This document shows positions 49,800-63,700 of a stretch of DNA of 64,000 bases, in pieces; the stretch's first letter is position 1, and each line of letters starts with the position of its first letter. The stretch spans positions 1 through 64,000 of the forward strand of contig MCFE01000382.1 in assembly GCA_002104905.1 (NCBI GenBank), read 5' to 3'. Under the pieces are notes generated by a model. That model was not told where the DNA came from, made no database searches, and saw only the letters and a program-made list of their open reading frames with translations. Both the position numbers and the translations under genes were made by a program. The stretch is from Basidiobolus meristosporus CBS 931.73 (lineage: Eukaryota > Fungi > Basidiobolomycota).

Positions 49800-52150
49800 A
49801 AAGTTGCCATATATCTTGTACTGCTGGTAACATCTACATCTTGCAAACTTATGCTTGGCTGTTGCCACTTCTGCCACAAATACCTCCTGAATTTCTGCAA
49901 AGAATTTCTTGGCACCTAGCCAATATATTTGTTCTCCCTGCTGCATTCTAGTCCCCCTTATAGGTGCATTCTGGCTTTTGTTTGTGTGAGTTCTGTGCTT
50001 AATGGTGTTGAAGTTGGCTTGTAGCCATAAGAAGTCAGGCATATCTTGGTAGAGCTCTCCTGATAAAAGTTAGTTGCTTGTTGCACCCAACCCAACTTTG
50101 CATTACTTAACTGATTACTCACACATTGGGGCTGCTTAGCTTCTTAATACCATAGGCATAGGTATTGCCATGTGCACATTTGTCCTCAGTATTTTCCAAC
50201 TCTTCCTGGCTGTCCTCAATGTGCCAACTCATCACATCCATGACGGACTTGAAGGTAACTTTCTTGATGGGATTGGGAAATGGTAGTACCTGCAACATGA
50301 CTTTTCTTCCTACCTCCCCACACATCTGCTCCATAGGAAACTCCCAAAATGTGAAGCAAGGCCCAATATTCTCCACACACTATGCAAGATGGAGTAGAGA
50401 ATGGATACAGTAGGGGCAGAGATCTACATGTTCAGCTTTATGTTTGTAGTATAGCTGCTCAAATCCTGTCACAAACTGCTCACACAACAGCTGCAGATGC
50501 GTCAAGTTGGCATTGGTGATCTGCTTCTGGACAAATACTCCTACAATGTCCACATAGGACTCCCAATGCTTCCAATGTACTCTTGGTAGGAATGGCTTCA
50601 GAACACCACTTAAATAAATACATATCCAGTTCATCCAGTCTTTGCATTTGCATTGTTGCATATGCGTATGAATATTAATTGGAGCGCATGAGAAGTAGTT
50701 AGGGTAGCGGATACTCTGTAATATCTTGCCAATTCTTTCAAATTTCTCTGGTATCTCAAAGGGCTCATTTAACTTGAAATGCACCATGTACAACTTGGTC
50801 ATCAGTATAGGGATATTGTTGAAAAGCAAATGCATTGATCCCAGTGGAAAGCTTTTGCTCCAGCAGATACCCTCTATCTGAAGTATCTCTGGTTTCTGAT
50901 TGATTCCTTATTCTAGTCAATGGCTAATAGCTTGCCAACTTTGCTGTAATTGCATGCTTACTTCTGTATGTCCTCTCTGTGGAAAGATGAGGATCTTAGT
51001 GCTGGTGTTTGGATAATACTAATGGGTGTGAGTTATGGGGTAAATCCCCTGGATCTCACACATTTGACAGCAATACTGTTCATTGTGCCCGGAAAAACCC
51101 GCTATCTTGCTGATGGCTGGGGTATCTTCAATGCAGATAATAATATGTGCTTTTACATGAGGGCCATTTACCGTTATCCTGCTGGAAAGCATACAAAGCT
51201 CATCCAGCAATGGATACAGGTAGCTATCCAGGTTTGATAGTGACTTAGACCCAGATATCAGTGAGACTACCATCAGATTATTGCTATGATACCATAAGAT
51301 GGGTGGCAGATTCAGATTGATGAGAATCAGTGGCTAGCAGGATTTGCTGGTAGAGTACTTGTTTAATGAGAATCCATCCAGGGCTAAGGCAAAGGCATGG
51401 TCATATATACCTCCAAAGTAGCCCTTGCTTCTTAGCTGTTTACAATGTTTGCCATCAAATATATCTGATATATTTGTGCTTGACTGATACTGAGTGCAGT
51501 ACTCTATAACTTTGCAATATTTGTTGGACTGCATCAGCTTCCTCAGATGGGGTATAAGCAGAATATATCCAGAGTGTCAACAATGTTCTCCCTCAAAAGT
51601 GGCGGATTCCTGACAACTTGTCCATGTTGCAATGGTAGCATTTTTGGATGTGAATGCCATACAACATTTAACACATGCTGGAATCAGGGCAGTCTCTGGA
51701 TTATATGTTGCCAGCTGCATAACGGTTGTCCACTTGTACCATGTACATGGTAAGTTGAATTCTGGTACAACTTTGGCAAGTAGTAGTAATAAGTCCTCAA
51801 AGCCTCCATTACTGATATTTGTGGAAATGCACCACTTCTCTAGCCACAACATTACATCATTCACCAGTAGATGGATTACTGGGCTCACTTGGCTCCATAG
51901 AGTATTCTTGGGATTTGTTTCAACGGGTGTTGTCTAATAGCATATAGGGATTTGACCAGGCTCATATGTGGTACTGTTGTTAGGGAAGATAGCCTCAAAA
52001 TCCATCAGTGAACCTTCTTTGTCATTGCTATCACTCTGTATGCCATATTCAGAAGGCTGAGGTAAGCCTAAAGGCGTCACAAACTCACTTGACTCAGTTT
52101 GCACAAGATGATAAAGATGGCCAGGTACCACTATAGAAGTATCTAATGGC
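49800..52150 (-). mobile_element. CACTA/EnSpm (Transposase_21/DUF4218-type) transposase pseudogene
   Basis: CVKCCMAF, LALDGFS, MVVSLISGSK, IEDTPAISKIAGFSGHNEQYCCQMCEI, HSLLHLA..GPCFTFWEFPMEQMCG; in-frame stops. Confidence 0.85.
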
Positions 52151-52758
52151 CAGCATGATAATGTTGGTACAGTAGTGACCAATGAATGGTCAAACATGAC
52201 TTGGGTGGCAAAACACTGGCCATGATCCTTGTGACATTTCCTATGCTCTCTGTGTGCTTCATGGCTGAGAGGCTTGCCACAATAGCCACATGGTCATTTT
52301 TCTGTTCTCTTATGGCGTTGAGTCAAAGTAGTCTTGTCCATAGGGCAAACAGCTTGACCTTCAACAATGTAATGCTATTATATCACTTTTTGGTCAATAC
52401 ATATGTGAACTTGAGACAGTCTTGTTTTTGAGACATTAGACTTGTTCCATTGTGCCATTGATCATATTGCCAGAAAGTGCTGTATATTTTGTTATTAATT
52501 CGATATCTTAGGGTCATATGCATGTCAATTTTGATCCCAGATTGGCACTGTATGGCACCATCTGGCACTCTGTGGCATGATCAGGCTCCACCTGGCATGC
52601 TATGGCACTGTTGGGCACTATGAGCAGCTGGAATGATGGAAAAAGTCCATTGCACCTACATGAATGTAAGATTCAATGTTGACCCATCATAGTAAGCATT
52701 ATAAATAAAGCTGTGGCACTACATACACACATATATTCAACACTATTTCCCCTTTGGT

Positions 52759-53538
52759 TTGACTCACTTCCATATATATGCCACCAAAAAAAAAGCAAAG
52801 TTGTCAGGTTCTCAACCAGACCCCACCACTGATAGCAACAGAAGAATGGTGGGACAACAGCTTGCTTTGGCATTCAGTACAACAAGCAGGGCTACATCCA
52901 AAAAAGGCCCTGTGGACAGTGTGCCCATTGAAGGTAGAAATGAAGACTCCTCAGGCTCTCAGTCAAGTAGTCAATTGAGAACCTCTGCAGAGCCACAAGC
53001 TGACCATTATGCTCAGGCATATGAGAATGTAGCAAGCGCAGTACCCTCAGTTGAAGATCAGCAAGTGGCCATGATAACATCACCACCACCCATTTTAGCA
53101 AGTATGTTGTCAGCTCATACCAAACCATTAATGAAGCAATTAGGTGCAGTGGCTAATACAATAGATGCAATGGCCAGGAGATATGAGGAAATACTTCAGA
53201 AACAGGATGAGCGTATAATGCATGTAGAGCAATCAATATTCCAGGTAGAGAAAGCAGTATCTTTGCTGCAAAGAAGGAACTCAAGTAGCTCAATGTCACA
53301 GCCAGGAATTGAGCAATTTCCCAATGTAAAAACAGAAGAACAGCATACAGTCATTGAAGCACAAAAACAGTGCCCAAAGATAAAGCCCACGAAAAAAACT
53401 ATCACTGCATGGGAGGAAGATAATGTGGTGTTTATACCAAAGCCTAAGAATACAGTATTGTTTCCTTATTTGGGAGCTGCTTTCCTCTCTGAGAAAATAT
53501 TTTCTGATATAGAAATTCTGAATTCCCCTTTAACCTGA
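52759..53538 (+). CDS. CACTA-associated accessory ORF, divergent from the transposase, 3'-truncated
   Basis: 259-aa ORF homologous to 47920-48342; sequence switches to another repeat after KPK. Confidence 0.5.
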   Translation: MTHFHIYATKKKAKLSGSQPDPTTDSNRRMVGQQLALAFSTTSRATSKKGPVDSVPIEGRNEDSSGSQSSSQLRTSAEPQADHYAQAYENVASAVPSVEDQQVAMITSPPPILASMLSAHTKPLMKQLGAVANTIDAMARRYEEILQKQDERIMHVEQSIFQVEKAVSLLQRRNSSSSMSQPGIEQFPNVKTEEQHTVIEAQKQCPKIKPTKKTITAWEEDNVVFIPKPKNTVLFPYLGAAFLSEKIFSDIEILNSPLT

Positions 53539-54389
53539 AGGGGTGTGGTGTGGAAGTTTCTAAAGGGGTCTTTAAACCTAAACAGGTGTCTAAAAAGCTG
53601 TCTTTAGAGTAAAAGGGTCTCTTAGAGGGGACTGTTCCAACAGGAAAGCAGCAGTTTTCTTGTAGAGCTTAGATTGGATTCTTGTGAGCTTTGCAGTCTC
53701 TTTGCTGGTGTAGTACCAATCAGAGTCAGAATACCCAACAGTGCAAGTGATGCAGGGGAAGTCTTTTAGCCTTTAAGCTTGTCAATGTAGTGTAGAGATT
53801 CTGGAAAGAGAAGCACTCTGTTATTTTTCAGCTGGGGAAGTCATATCTATGAGATTTCTGAAGGATCAAGATTTTGGGCAATTGCATAGGCAATACATGT
53901 GATACAAGGTCATAGCATTGGTGCAGATTGAACATAGGTGCAGCACCAGTGAGAATATCACATGATCTGATTGGCTGGCTCAAAAGTCTCACATGATTCA
54001 AGTCATCATAACCCTCATTATCACTTCTGACATAGAACTACTTTAATCTGTTACCAGGTTTTGCAAGTGTAAGTGGTGTACCATCAAGTGCTGCTTGCTT
54101 ATAAGATCAATTTTTGTTTGCATGTATGATCTTATAGGAACCTTGCCATTGCATATCCAGCTAAGATGTCCTGTTTCCTTGACTCTTGGTAATGTGAAGT
54201 AGTATCAACTCACCTACTGCAAGAAAAGTTCTACTAAGGCATTTTTGACTGTCAAAGAACTCCTTGCCAGCCATTCTGGATTTCTTCAGGTTTTCTGTTA
54301 CATTCTTTTGCAGAGTGTGAGCTTATTGAGTCTGTTATATTCTTGCTAGCAATTGCTCTGATGTTGTCATGGTTGGCTTCCATGGGAGT

Positions 54390-57300
54390 GTAAACTAACT
54401 TTCAGAAGATATGTCTATCAGTAAAACAGCTTCATGTCCATATATCTGAAAAAATGGAGTATTCCCTATACTTCTTTTAACTGTAACTCTATCAGCCCCT
54501 ATTTCTGCATGAAAGCTACTTGCCCGCTTGTTGGGTTCTTCATTGCTAAGCTTTGCTAATGTATTTGCATAAGCAAAATGTCCATGTTCAACTGGTGCAC
54601 TTGCTTGTGGGTGATATGGTGTTGTATGGATGAGCTTTGTTCCATGCTTCATTGCTAGAGCTTGTATAGCATAAGATCTACATTCTTCATTATCTGCAAT
54701 TAGGGCACCAACTGAATCATGTCTGAGATACACCTCTTCTTTAAGAAATCTTGCTACTGCTTTTGCATTGGCATGTATCAGCATTCTAGCCTCTATCCTA
54801 CCAGTAATGTTATTACAACAGTCCACTACATACTTATACCCTGCAGTTGCCCTTGGTAAGTGTATAATATCTGTGTGCAACTTGCCAAGCTTAAGATATT
54901 TATATACTGTGAAGTGGTTCATGCATCATTTGGTTGTCTCTTCTTTGGCATGGAATACAAGATTACACATATTCTTTTGTTTTGGTGTATAGTGTTGGCC
55001 AAAAATGTTGTAAGGAGATTCTTGCATATGATGATGTAATTCCCTTATGACCTCCTTATTCAGATTCATGCAATTCTTGAATGATCTTCTCTTGATCATG
55101 ATTGTCATGTATATACCATCAAGGAACTCTATGTTTGCTCTTTCTGAAAAGCGTGCCATCATGCTGTATAAACTTCAAAGCCTTCTTTTTAAAATTTGTC
55201 CGTTGTAGTGGGGTGACAGTGACACCCACTGACAGATGTGCTCATTCCCTTATTTTCTACTTCCCTATATCCCTACTACACTCATTTTAGTTTTATCCCA
55301 TTTGTCTTACCCAATCAGTACTATCCCATAAGCCGGTTGACTATCACACCTGCTTACCTTATTGCATAAGTTACCCCTCACTTTATGTAAGATTACTAGT
55401 TACAAGTGCTTCTATATTAGGCAAGTACCCGCGCCAGTACCTGTGACACATGATCAACCCGTGTCACCATCCCTACCATTTCCATACCATATATGGTATC
55501 CCCATGTTACACAGGTTTCAGAATACTGATTCCTGATTGGTTGGATGTGCTGTGCCTCTTAGAACCTTCCAGCACCTACTTAGAACATTCTTAGGTCATT
55601 CTGATGTCATTAAGATTTCTATTGAACTCCGGAACCTTCTGGAACACCATGATTAGTAATCACTTAGCCAGTGAAGAAAAGTATATAAGGGAGGCTATCC
55701 CTCAACAATAAATCATCATCCCTTTTATCAATATACCGACTTGTTGATTAGTGTGATCACTGCTACCTGCTGCTACCTGAACTTCCAACCCTAGACCACA
55801 GGACACTCCCAGGAAACCGCGCTGACAGCCAACTGACCTTGGAGGCACTACTTGTGAGGAATACTCAGAGTAGGTATCTTTTATTATATTTGATTCTTTC
55901 CCAAGTTTGTTCTTGTACAGGCAAAGATACTTTTCTGTCTTTGTAACTATTGACCAAAGCTGCATTCTTATCAAGTCCCTGCTGGTGGAGTTTACAGTTG
56001 TTTTGACTTTGGAAGCTTTAGTACATTGTCATCTCAAAGGACGCTGAACCCAGCACATACTTTTGTTAAGACGCCAACTAAGTTGGGGATTGTAGCTCAA
56101 TAGTTTTCCCTTGACAAGCTTGTGGCTTTATTCCCCTTCACATTAGATTAGAGACAGAACCCAAGTATTCCTAGCAAGCTTTTGCCAGAGGTTATCGCAC
56201 CCAGTGAACACCCCACACACAAAACACTTGAGAAGTGTTGGACGTATCTCTCCCTTGGACTTATACACCACCACACCGTTGACTTGTGGGAATATCCGCA
56301 GGAACTTTGAGTGATGTTAGAGATTCCTTGATTTGTTCATAATTGCTTTGTATCATATGTCTGAATGAGTATCCAAGAATTGTGTTTTCAAGAAGCGCAT
56401 TAATCTCATCATCATCTGTTGAGTACAGAGAATTTGGTTGCTTTCTAGATAAAGCATCAGGTCCTTTGTGATTGGCTCCTGGTATGTGTTGCAGCGTAAA
56501 GTCAAAGATCTGGATGTATGATATCAACTGTGCTAGTATAGGATCAGGAAAAAGCTCCAACTTATTTGAAATGCCTAATAATGGCTTGGCATCAACCTCC
56601 AGCATGAAGTGTACTCCTAATAAGTATGGCTTTAGCTTTTGGAGTGCATAGAGTACTCCCAGTGCTTCTTTCTTGATAGATGGATAGTTAAGCTCATTTC
56701 CTTTGCATAGTCTACTAATATATTTGCAAGGTTGTTGATGATGCATAGTTCTTGGTCCTGATTCTGAATAGACCAGTAAGCCCTAATAGTTGTATGTCTT
56801 GATTTATACTGCTTGGTGTCTTCCAATTTAGTGCTGAGGGAAGTTCTGCAGGATCAGGCAATCTCCCTTTTCAGAAACAAGTCCACCTAAAATGATTGCT
56901 TTGTAGTAGCCAAACTTGCATTTGGCGCTAGATACAGTCAGACAGAGGCTTGAAGTTTCTTCATGACCCTTTCAACAGTGCAAATGTAATCATAAACATA
57001 TCTTCTGACTTGAGGTAAGAAATATGATGTTTCTTTTTCTCTGGACTTATTGTTTACAGCAGTGTCATAAAGAAATGGCTGACATATTTCAGGGAAAGAG
57101 TCATCCAAAACCCAAATCATTGCATGCTGATAACTTTGCACATACTTAGTCTATCCCTGAGGAATTCTTGGCATTCTTCTGATTCCTATTGGTGTATCTA
57201 TAGCACTGAAATCTCTTGAGTCAGGATCCAGAGGTATTTGGTTATATCCAGAATAAAGATCCAATGTTCTAATCAGAAGATATCCAGTAAATGAATCAAT

Positions 57301-59750
57301 TACTCATGTCATATGGGTGGTTGCATATTATCTTTGATGGTGACCTAATTCAAATGCTGTTCTTCTTGAGTAAGCCATAGACTTCCATTTGTCTTCAACA
57401 GTATAAACCAGGGATTACCATAAGGTCCATAGCAATACTTAATGACTCCACTTTAAAATCTTGATTGTAGCATTTCAATTACCTTATTTGGTAATTTGAG
57501 GGTATAGGATATGATCTCAGCGCCCATGGTGCATGTTCAATGTATAGATCTTAACTGGTGGAAATAGCTCTGTGGATATACATCCTATCTGTGCCTCATT
57601 AAATGCAAAGACATTGTCATAGCATTGTAGCATAGTAAAAAAGAGACTTTTCTCCTCAGTAATAAGAGTAGTCCCAATAGCTAACTCCTGGAGCTTCCCT
57701 CTGTGAGTTTAATTTTTTCATATTTGTGCAAAGGCTCCATATGAGGGTTGTTGTGGGCAGATAGTGAGATTCCAGTAGTTACTGACTTTGCTTTCATTGC
57801 AACTGGTCTATACTTGGTATTGGTCTTACTTGTTGTGAATGGAATGAAGTGCTGATCATAAACAAAATACTCTTATGAATCTGAATATGTTGCACTGCAA
57901 CTAAGTCTGCATTTCTTGGATTATTCTCTTCTGCTGCACACAAAGTTGCCCTTTTTTTTCAATTGTCAGATTTGATTGTCAGCCATAAGCTTCTATCAGG
58001 TCTGTTATCAGCTTGTAGAAGAGATTTTCTCTCATATGGCTGCCCAACAATACCTCAAAACTGGGTCCATTGGCAACAATGAAAATGGGAGAAGTAGCCC
58101 TGATACCTCCAATTTCAATTGGTACAGGGTTACACAGTCCAAGCATCCTCTCTGCTGCCTCTGTGGCAGTTCTCATATTCCAGTCAACTTCTGTCCCTGG
58201 CAATTTGATTTTTTCAAAAGTCATAACAGTGATGGCATTGATTTCTGATCCAGAATCAAAAACACATCCTACTTCAGCATTGTTTATTGTAGCAGCATAG
58301 CATCCTGTTGTAAAAGAGTAAAAGACTTTTTCAACTTCAAATCATAGCTGTTCACTTAATAATGTTGTTGCAGATTGTTCTTAATAATTAATGAAGATAT
58401 CCTTACTCAAAGGTTCAACTATTTCAGGCGGTAGCTGATTGAGATTGTTGATAGTAGTGAACATTTCTTGATTTGTAAGTTGTGAAAATGAAGATTTCCA
58501 GAATTTGTCAATATCTTTCTGCATAAATGTAATAGTGTCATACTTCAATTGAGATTGCAAGTGTTCTTTTTGTATTTTTGATGCTTCTGGCTGTACCAGT
58601 ATTTCAACAACTGGCAAACTTTTTTAGTTGGTACACACTTGTTTAGGATTGTTCTCTGCAGAGACATTTTCTCTTATCAATAAGGTAATTCAGCTCCTCA
58701 ACTTCCTCTTCTTTCATTAAACATTCTTGGACCTGCCCCTGTGGGTCTGATATTGTGAGTTTGTAATGTTCATTGCTTGGAATTTCTGCAGTCTTTTTGA
58801 TTTGTGTGAAACTTGATGTAGTAGTCCTATTACATGATACTTCTTGAGCAAGTATGTATAGCCATATTCTGCCATAATCTCTGTTGATAGGTAAAGGGTC
58901 TCCAGCAATATTGCAGATCTTTCCATAGCAATCAATCATAGCTTTATGAATGTCAATATCAATATTCAATATTTGACAACCATGAAGGCTATGTTCAGCA
59001 GGTTCAGAGTGTACACAATATTTAGTTTGCTGTGGATAATCACTGGTTATTTTGGGATTCTCTGGTCTTGCTTTGTTGATGCTTGATGATGGTACACTTT
59101 GAGAGTCCAACTTATGCATCAGTTTTCCTAATGCATCAGTTAATTCATTGACCTGATCACTTTGTGGGTTATTTCTCTAATGAAGAATTTGTTTAGCTGG
59201 AGTGGAAATCCTCATTTGAATATTAATGGAATCCATAACTTGTCTCCCTGACAAAATATTTAACACCATTTACTCAACATTGTTGTAGGAGCATGTAGCC
59301 TGAGCTTAGTGGCTAATGGCACTATGTATCTCAGGAGGCATATTGATTAGAAAATATATTTTCTTTGATAAAATCTTCAAATTTAAAAGGCTGCTTCAAC
59401 ATGGTTTGCTTTTACTCAAACTTCTGAATGTACTTTTGCAAGGGTTGGGTCTTGTTGTAAGGCTTTTCTAGCTCATTTAGTGTAAAAAACTGTGCTTCCT
59501 TTTGGTACTCAGCCAAAATAGTTTGTTCAGCAGTTTCCCAGAAATAGTTAGCACCAAAGATGTCTTAAATTGATCCATACCTTGTAAGAATCTTGATACT
59601 TCAACTTCACGGAGAAAGGGAAGCAACCGGATTTTGTTCTTATGTGATAGCTCAAGCGCTGTAGCTATATTGTTAAACTCTTCTAGAAACACAGTGACAT
59701 TTTCTCCTGAGAATCTTATTGCAATAGCACTTTAAAGAGTGGTTATTAAC
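54390..59750 (-). mobile_element. Heavily decayed Ty3/Gypsy element interrupted by a solo LTR
   Basis: gag FLEEFNNIA.., protease CVFDSGSE, RT LDLYSGYNQIPL, RNase H YPSIKKEALGVLYAL, integrase HTTPYHPQ. Confidence 0.85.
55204..56275 (+). mobile_element. Solo LTR copy 2 with 4-bp TSD CCGT
   Basis: TG..CA termini, CCGT at 55200-55203 and 56276-56279. Confidence 0.9.
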
Positions 59751-60795
59751 TCTGGGAGTAGTGTATTAGTCATTTTTGTAACATTTCTTGATGTTGTATA
59801 GTGAAAGGCTCAAACTACCCAGGTCCTCTACCAAATTCTTGTTGTGTTGTATGATGATTAGTTTGGGGCTTGTTTTATGATGCAGAGGCTAATCAGCAAT
59901 ATACCACAACTTCCAGTGTGCTAATACCTAAGTAGTTTATTGGGAGTTTGATATACTGATAGAAAATATAACTTTCACCAATATCCTCAATCTTAGATCC
60001 AAAATATACTACACGCAGTGTTTCTAACTTCTGCAGCAGTACTCTGACCGTTTGTTGACTATTGGGCTTATTTACTTTTATGGTAATGTTTCCTTATTTG
60101 CGGGTCAGTTTTCCTTCTGAGAAAATATTTACCAATATGGATGTTCTTAACTCCCACTTAACCTTAAGGGGTCTTTGTGGTAGTTTTCTTGTCGAACTTA
60201 GATTGGATTCTTGTGGGGTGTCTACAAGGGTATCCTTAGAGTAAAGGGGTTTCCTAGAGGGGACTTTTCAGCAGAAAGTGGTAGTTTTCTTGTAGAGCTT
60301 AGATTGGATTCTTGTGAGCTTTGCAGTCTCTTTACTGATGTAGTACCAATCAAAGTAGGAATACCTAACAGTGCAAGAGATGCAGGGGAAGCTTTATAGC
60401 CTTTAAATTTGTAATTATACTGTGGAGAATCTGGAAAGAGAGGCTTTCTTTTATTTTCCAGCTGGGGAAGTCATATATATGAAAGTTCTGAAGGTTCAAA
60501 GTTTCTGGGCCATTGCTTAAGCAATACATGTGATACAAAGCTAACATTTGCAGTGGTGCAGATTGGACATAGGTGCAGCACCTGTGAAGTTTCATGTGAT
60601 TTGATAGGCTGGTTCAAAAGTCTCACACAATTGAAGTCACCATAGTAATCCTAGCAATAGCGGCCTAGTATATATGATAATTGGACTCTTTTGATCATAA
60701 CTCCTAAAGTACTACTTCAAATGAGCTGTAATTTGAAACATGTGTTGGCTACTGAGTGTTCTGCATGAAGTAATATTATTGGGTAGATTGCATGC

Positions 60796-63700
60796 TGTGA
60801 GTACTCAATGTAGTACCCACTCTTCGCCCAAGAGTTCTCCCAAGAGTTCCCTCCAGAGTCCTACCCAAAGTCCTCCAGTACCCTCCCTATGATTCCCCCA
60901 TGCATCCTCCCCTCCTATCCCTGCCCTTATCTAGTTAAAACACTTACCATAACAGGAAGGTGTTCACACCCCTATTTTATAACACATTGTCTATTGTCTA
61001 AGCCCCCCCAAGTGATATATATATCTACCCAATTGAACCAGGAAAAACAACAAGATTTGGACAAAATAAACAGAAGTCTTTATTACCTTGCTACCTTCTA
61101 TCGGAAGCTATTCTGAACCAAGTGGTACTGACTTGACCTACAAGCTCTCCCACTCATCAAGTACAGTCAGTAATAACCCACATATTTGGTGCCGTCTCTG
61201 CAGAAATAAGCACAAGTGAGGTAATGACTACTACAATCAAACTAAAAACATACAAGGGAAAGAGAGAGAAAGCCCTTGAGTGGTTTGATAAGTTTGAGAG
61301 AGTTGCGGTTGATGCAGGATGGGACGACAATAAGAAAGTAAGAGAGTTTGCAAGACATATGGAAGGGTCAGCATGGCGATGGCATTATGGGTTGGAAGAC
61401 GCAGTCAAAGACGACTGGGATGCACTAGAAGAAGCCTACAAGACACGCTTTCTATATGCCGAAGGATACCACTACGAAGCCCTTCTACTGTCCTCGCGGA
61501 AGAAAAGCAATGAAAGCTATGAAGCCTACACTGAACTGTTTCTCCAACAAGTTTGATGTCTCCCGAAGGACGAAATCGCCGAACGACAGCTCATGAGGTA
61601 TTACATCATGGGCTTAGACGACGAAATAAGACGTAGGGTGTCCGAAGAACAACAGGGATGTAAAACGTTGCAAGAGTTGGTCAAACAAGTACGAGGGGTC
61701 ATCTTGCTATGGGGGCTACCCTATAGTGATACGAATGATCGAAGGACAGGGATCCCCCGTAAGAAAGGAAAAATCGCCTCCCCGAAAGACCGTTAATTAG
61801 AGGAATTACGGCGAAAGGTCCAAGAACTCTCAATCAACAATGTCCAAGAAGTCCCCAAAGAAGGTGATAAACTCTGGGAAGCTGTTGTAGATCTAAAGGC
61901 CCAGGTTCAAGTCCTGACCCAACAGATGGAACGACCGCGACAACAGTATCCGTGTTATGTGTGTGGAGAAGTAGGTCACCAGGCCCATGAATGTGAAAAA
62001 CGGTACGGAAGAGAAGCCGTATTGGACACAAAAGAGAAGAAGGCGTCAAAAGACAGAGTCCCTCGCCTGGAGGCCAACGGGACTCAGTCAATCTAAGCCC
62101 TCCGGTCAGGACAATTGAAGTGCGGAAGAAGAAGCGTCGACATGATGCTTCTAGAGAGGAGGCAAAGGAACCTGTAGTAGAGGTTCTGTCAAAAGGAATG
62201 AGCGCAGAATTAGGTGAAGAAGTATGGAATGAACCTTGGGAAGAAGTGTTAAAGCAAACAAAGAACGCTAGCACGTCTTCCCATGGCCTATTCCCCATGA
62301 TGAAGGTACTAGAGCAAACCAAGGCAACCCTCCCAATAACCAATTTACTGGGACTGGCCCCGGCTCTAGTCAAGGAACTGATAGAGGGATTGAAGGAGAT
62401 AACGACCCTCCATGTCAACCAGACGGTCCTGCAAAAACCAAATAAAGGTACATACGTAAAGGTACGTATAGAGAATAAGGAGATTCTTGCCCTTATCAAC
62501 ACAGGATCCTCTACGTTGATCATGTCAGAGTCATTAGCAAAACGTCTAAAACTAAATATAGTCCCCAACAACACCATTTGAGTACGGCTAGCGAATGACC
62601 ATCTGGATACAACAGTAGGTGTGGTGCCTAATTGCCCCATTTGGCTAGGCAACTTGATAATACGCCAAGATGTTGTGGTCCTACCCGTCGCAGCCAACAA
62701 CTTACTCATTGGCAAGAGTTGGTTTATCCAACATAAGATGGATATACTTTACAGTGCATCTGAACTCAGGTGGGATACTGAGAGTATCCCACTGATTCAT
62801 ATCACCAATGAGAGCAAGGCGCGTAGCAACAGTGTGACAATTGAAGAGGTGAAACCGTCGCAGTCTCCAATCATCACACGAAAGGTGATAAAAATACCAC
62901 CCGCCAGTGAGACGGTGATCTCATTAGAAACACCAATAGCTTATTCAACGAGCGGAAGAATGATAACCGCAGCAAAAGCATCCGAGCAACTGGAAGGAAT
63001 CTCGATCCCTAAAGTATGGATACCACCAAAATTTGAAACGCAAAGCCTGAAATGCTTAGTGGTTAACAACTGGCGACACACGGTGACATTGCCTAGAGGA
63101 GTGCCATTGTTAAACTTAGAGGAAGTCGACGGAAACAACCAAGGACCACCTCCAAACAAAGAACCAGAAGAAGAACTCCCCAAACTAGATGTGGACCCCG
63201 GTCTACCGCCTATGTTACAAGACAAATTCCTAGAAGGAATACGTCTGCTTGCCCGAGTATTCTCTAAGAACCATGTAATTGGTCATATACCTGGGGTATA
63301 TCACCAAATCCACCTTGCCGACAAATACCCCATCAAGCAAAAAGCCTATAGGAATTTGAAAATTGACACAGACTATATCAAAGAGACAATTGAAACTTTA
63401 TTAAAAGACAACATCATTACAGAGAGCCAGTCTCCGTGGGCCTCCCCCGTAGTGATAGTCCCAAAGAAAGACGGAAAGCGACGCTTTTGCATTGACTACC
63501 GGAAATTGAACGCCGTCACCCGGAAGGACGTGTATCTGCTACCGCAAATAGACGACCTCTTGGACAGATTAATTGGAGCTAAATATTTTAGCTCTCTTGA
63601 CTTAATCTCTGGGTTTTGGCAAGTAGAAGTAGCCCCGGAAGATCAACCCAAAACCGCTTTTATAACATTGTTTGGATTATACAAATGGAGCCGACTACCC

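Noticed and set aside
61834-62715. 293-aa minus-strand ORF
   Set aside because: Antisense to Gypsy gag/protease.
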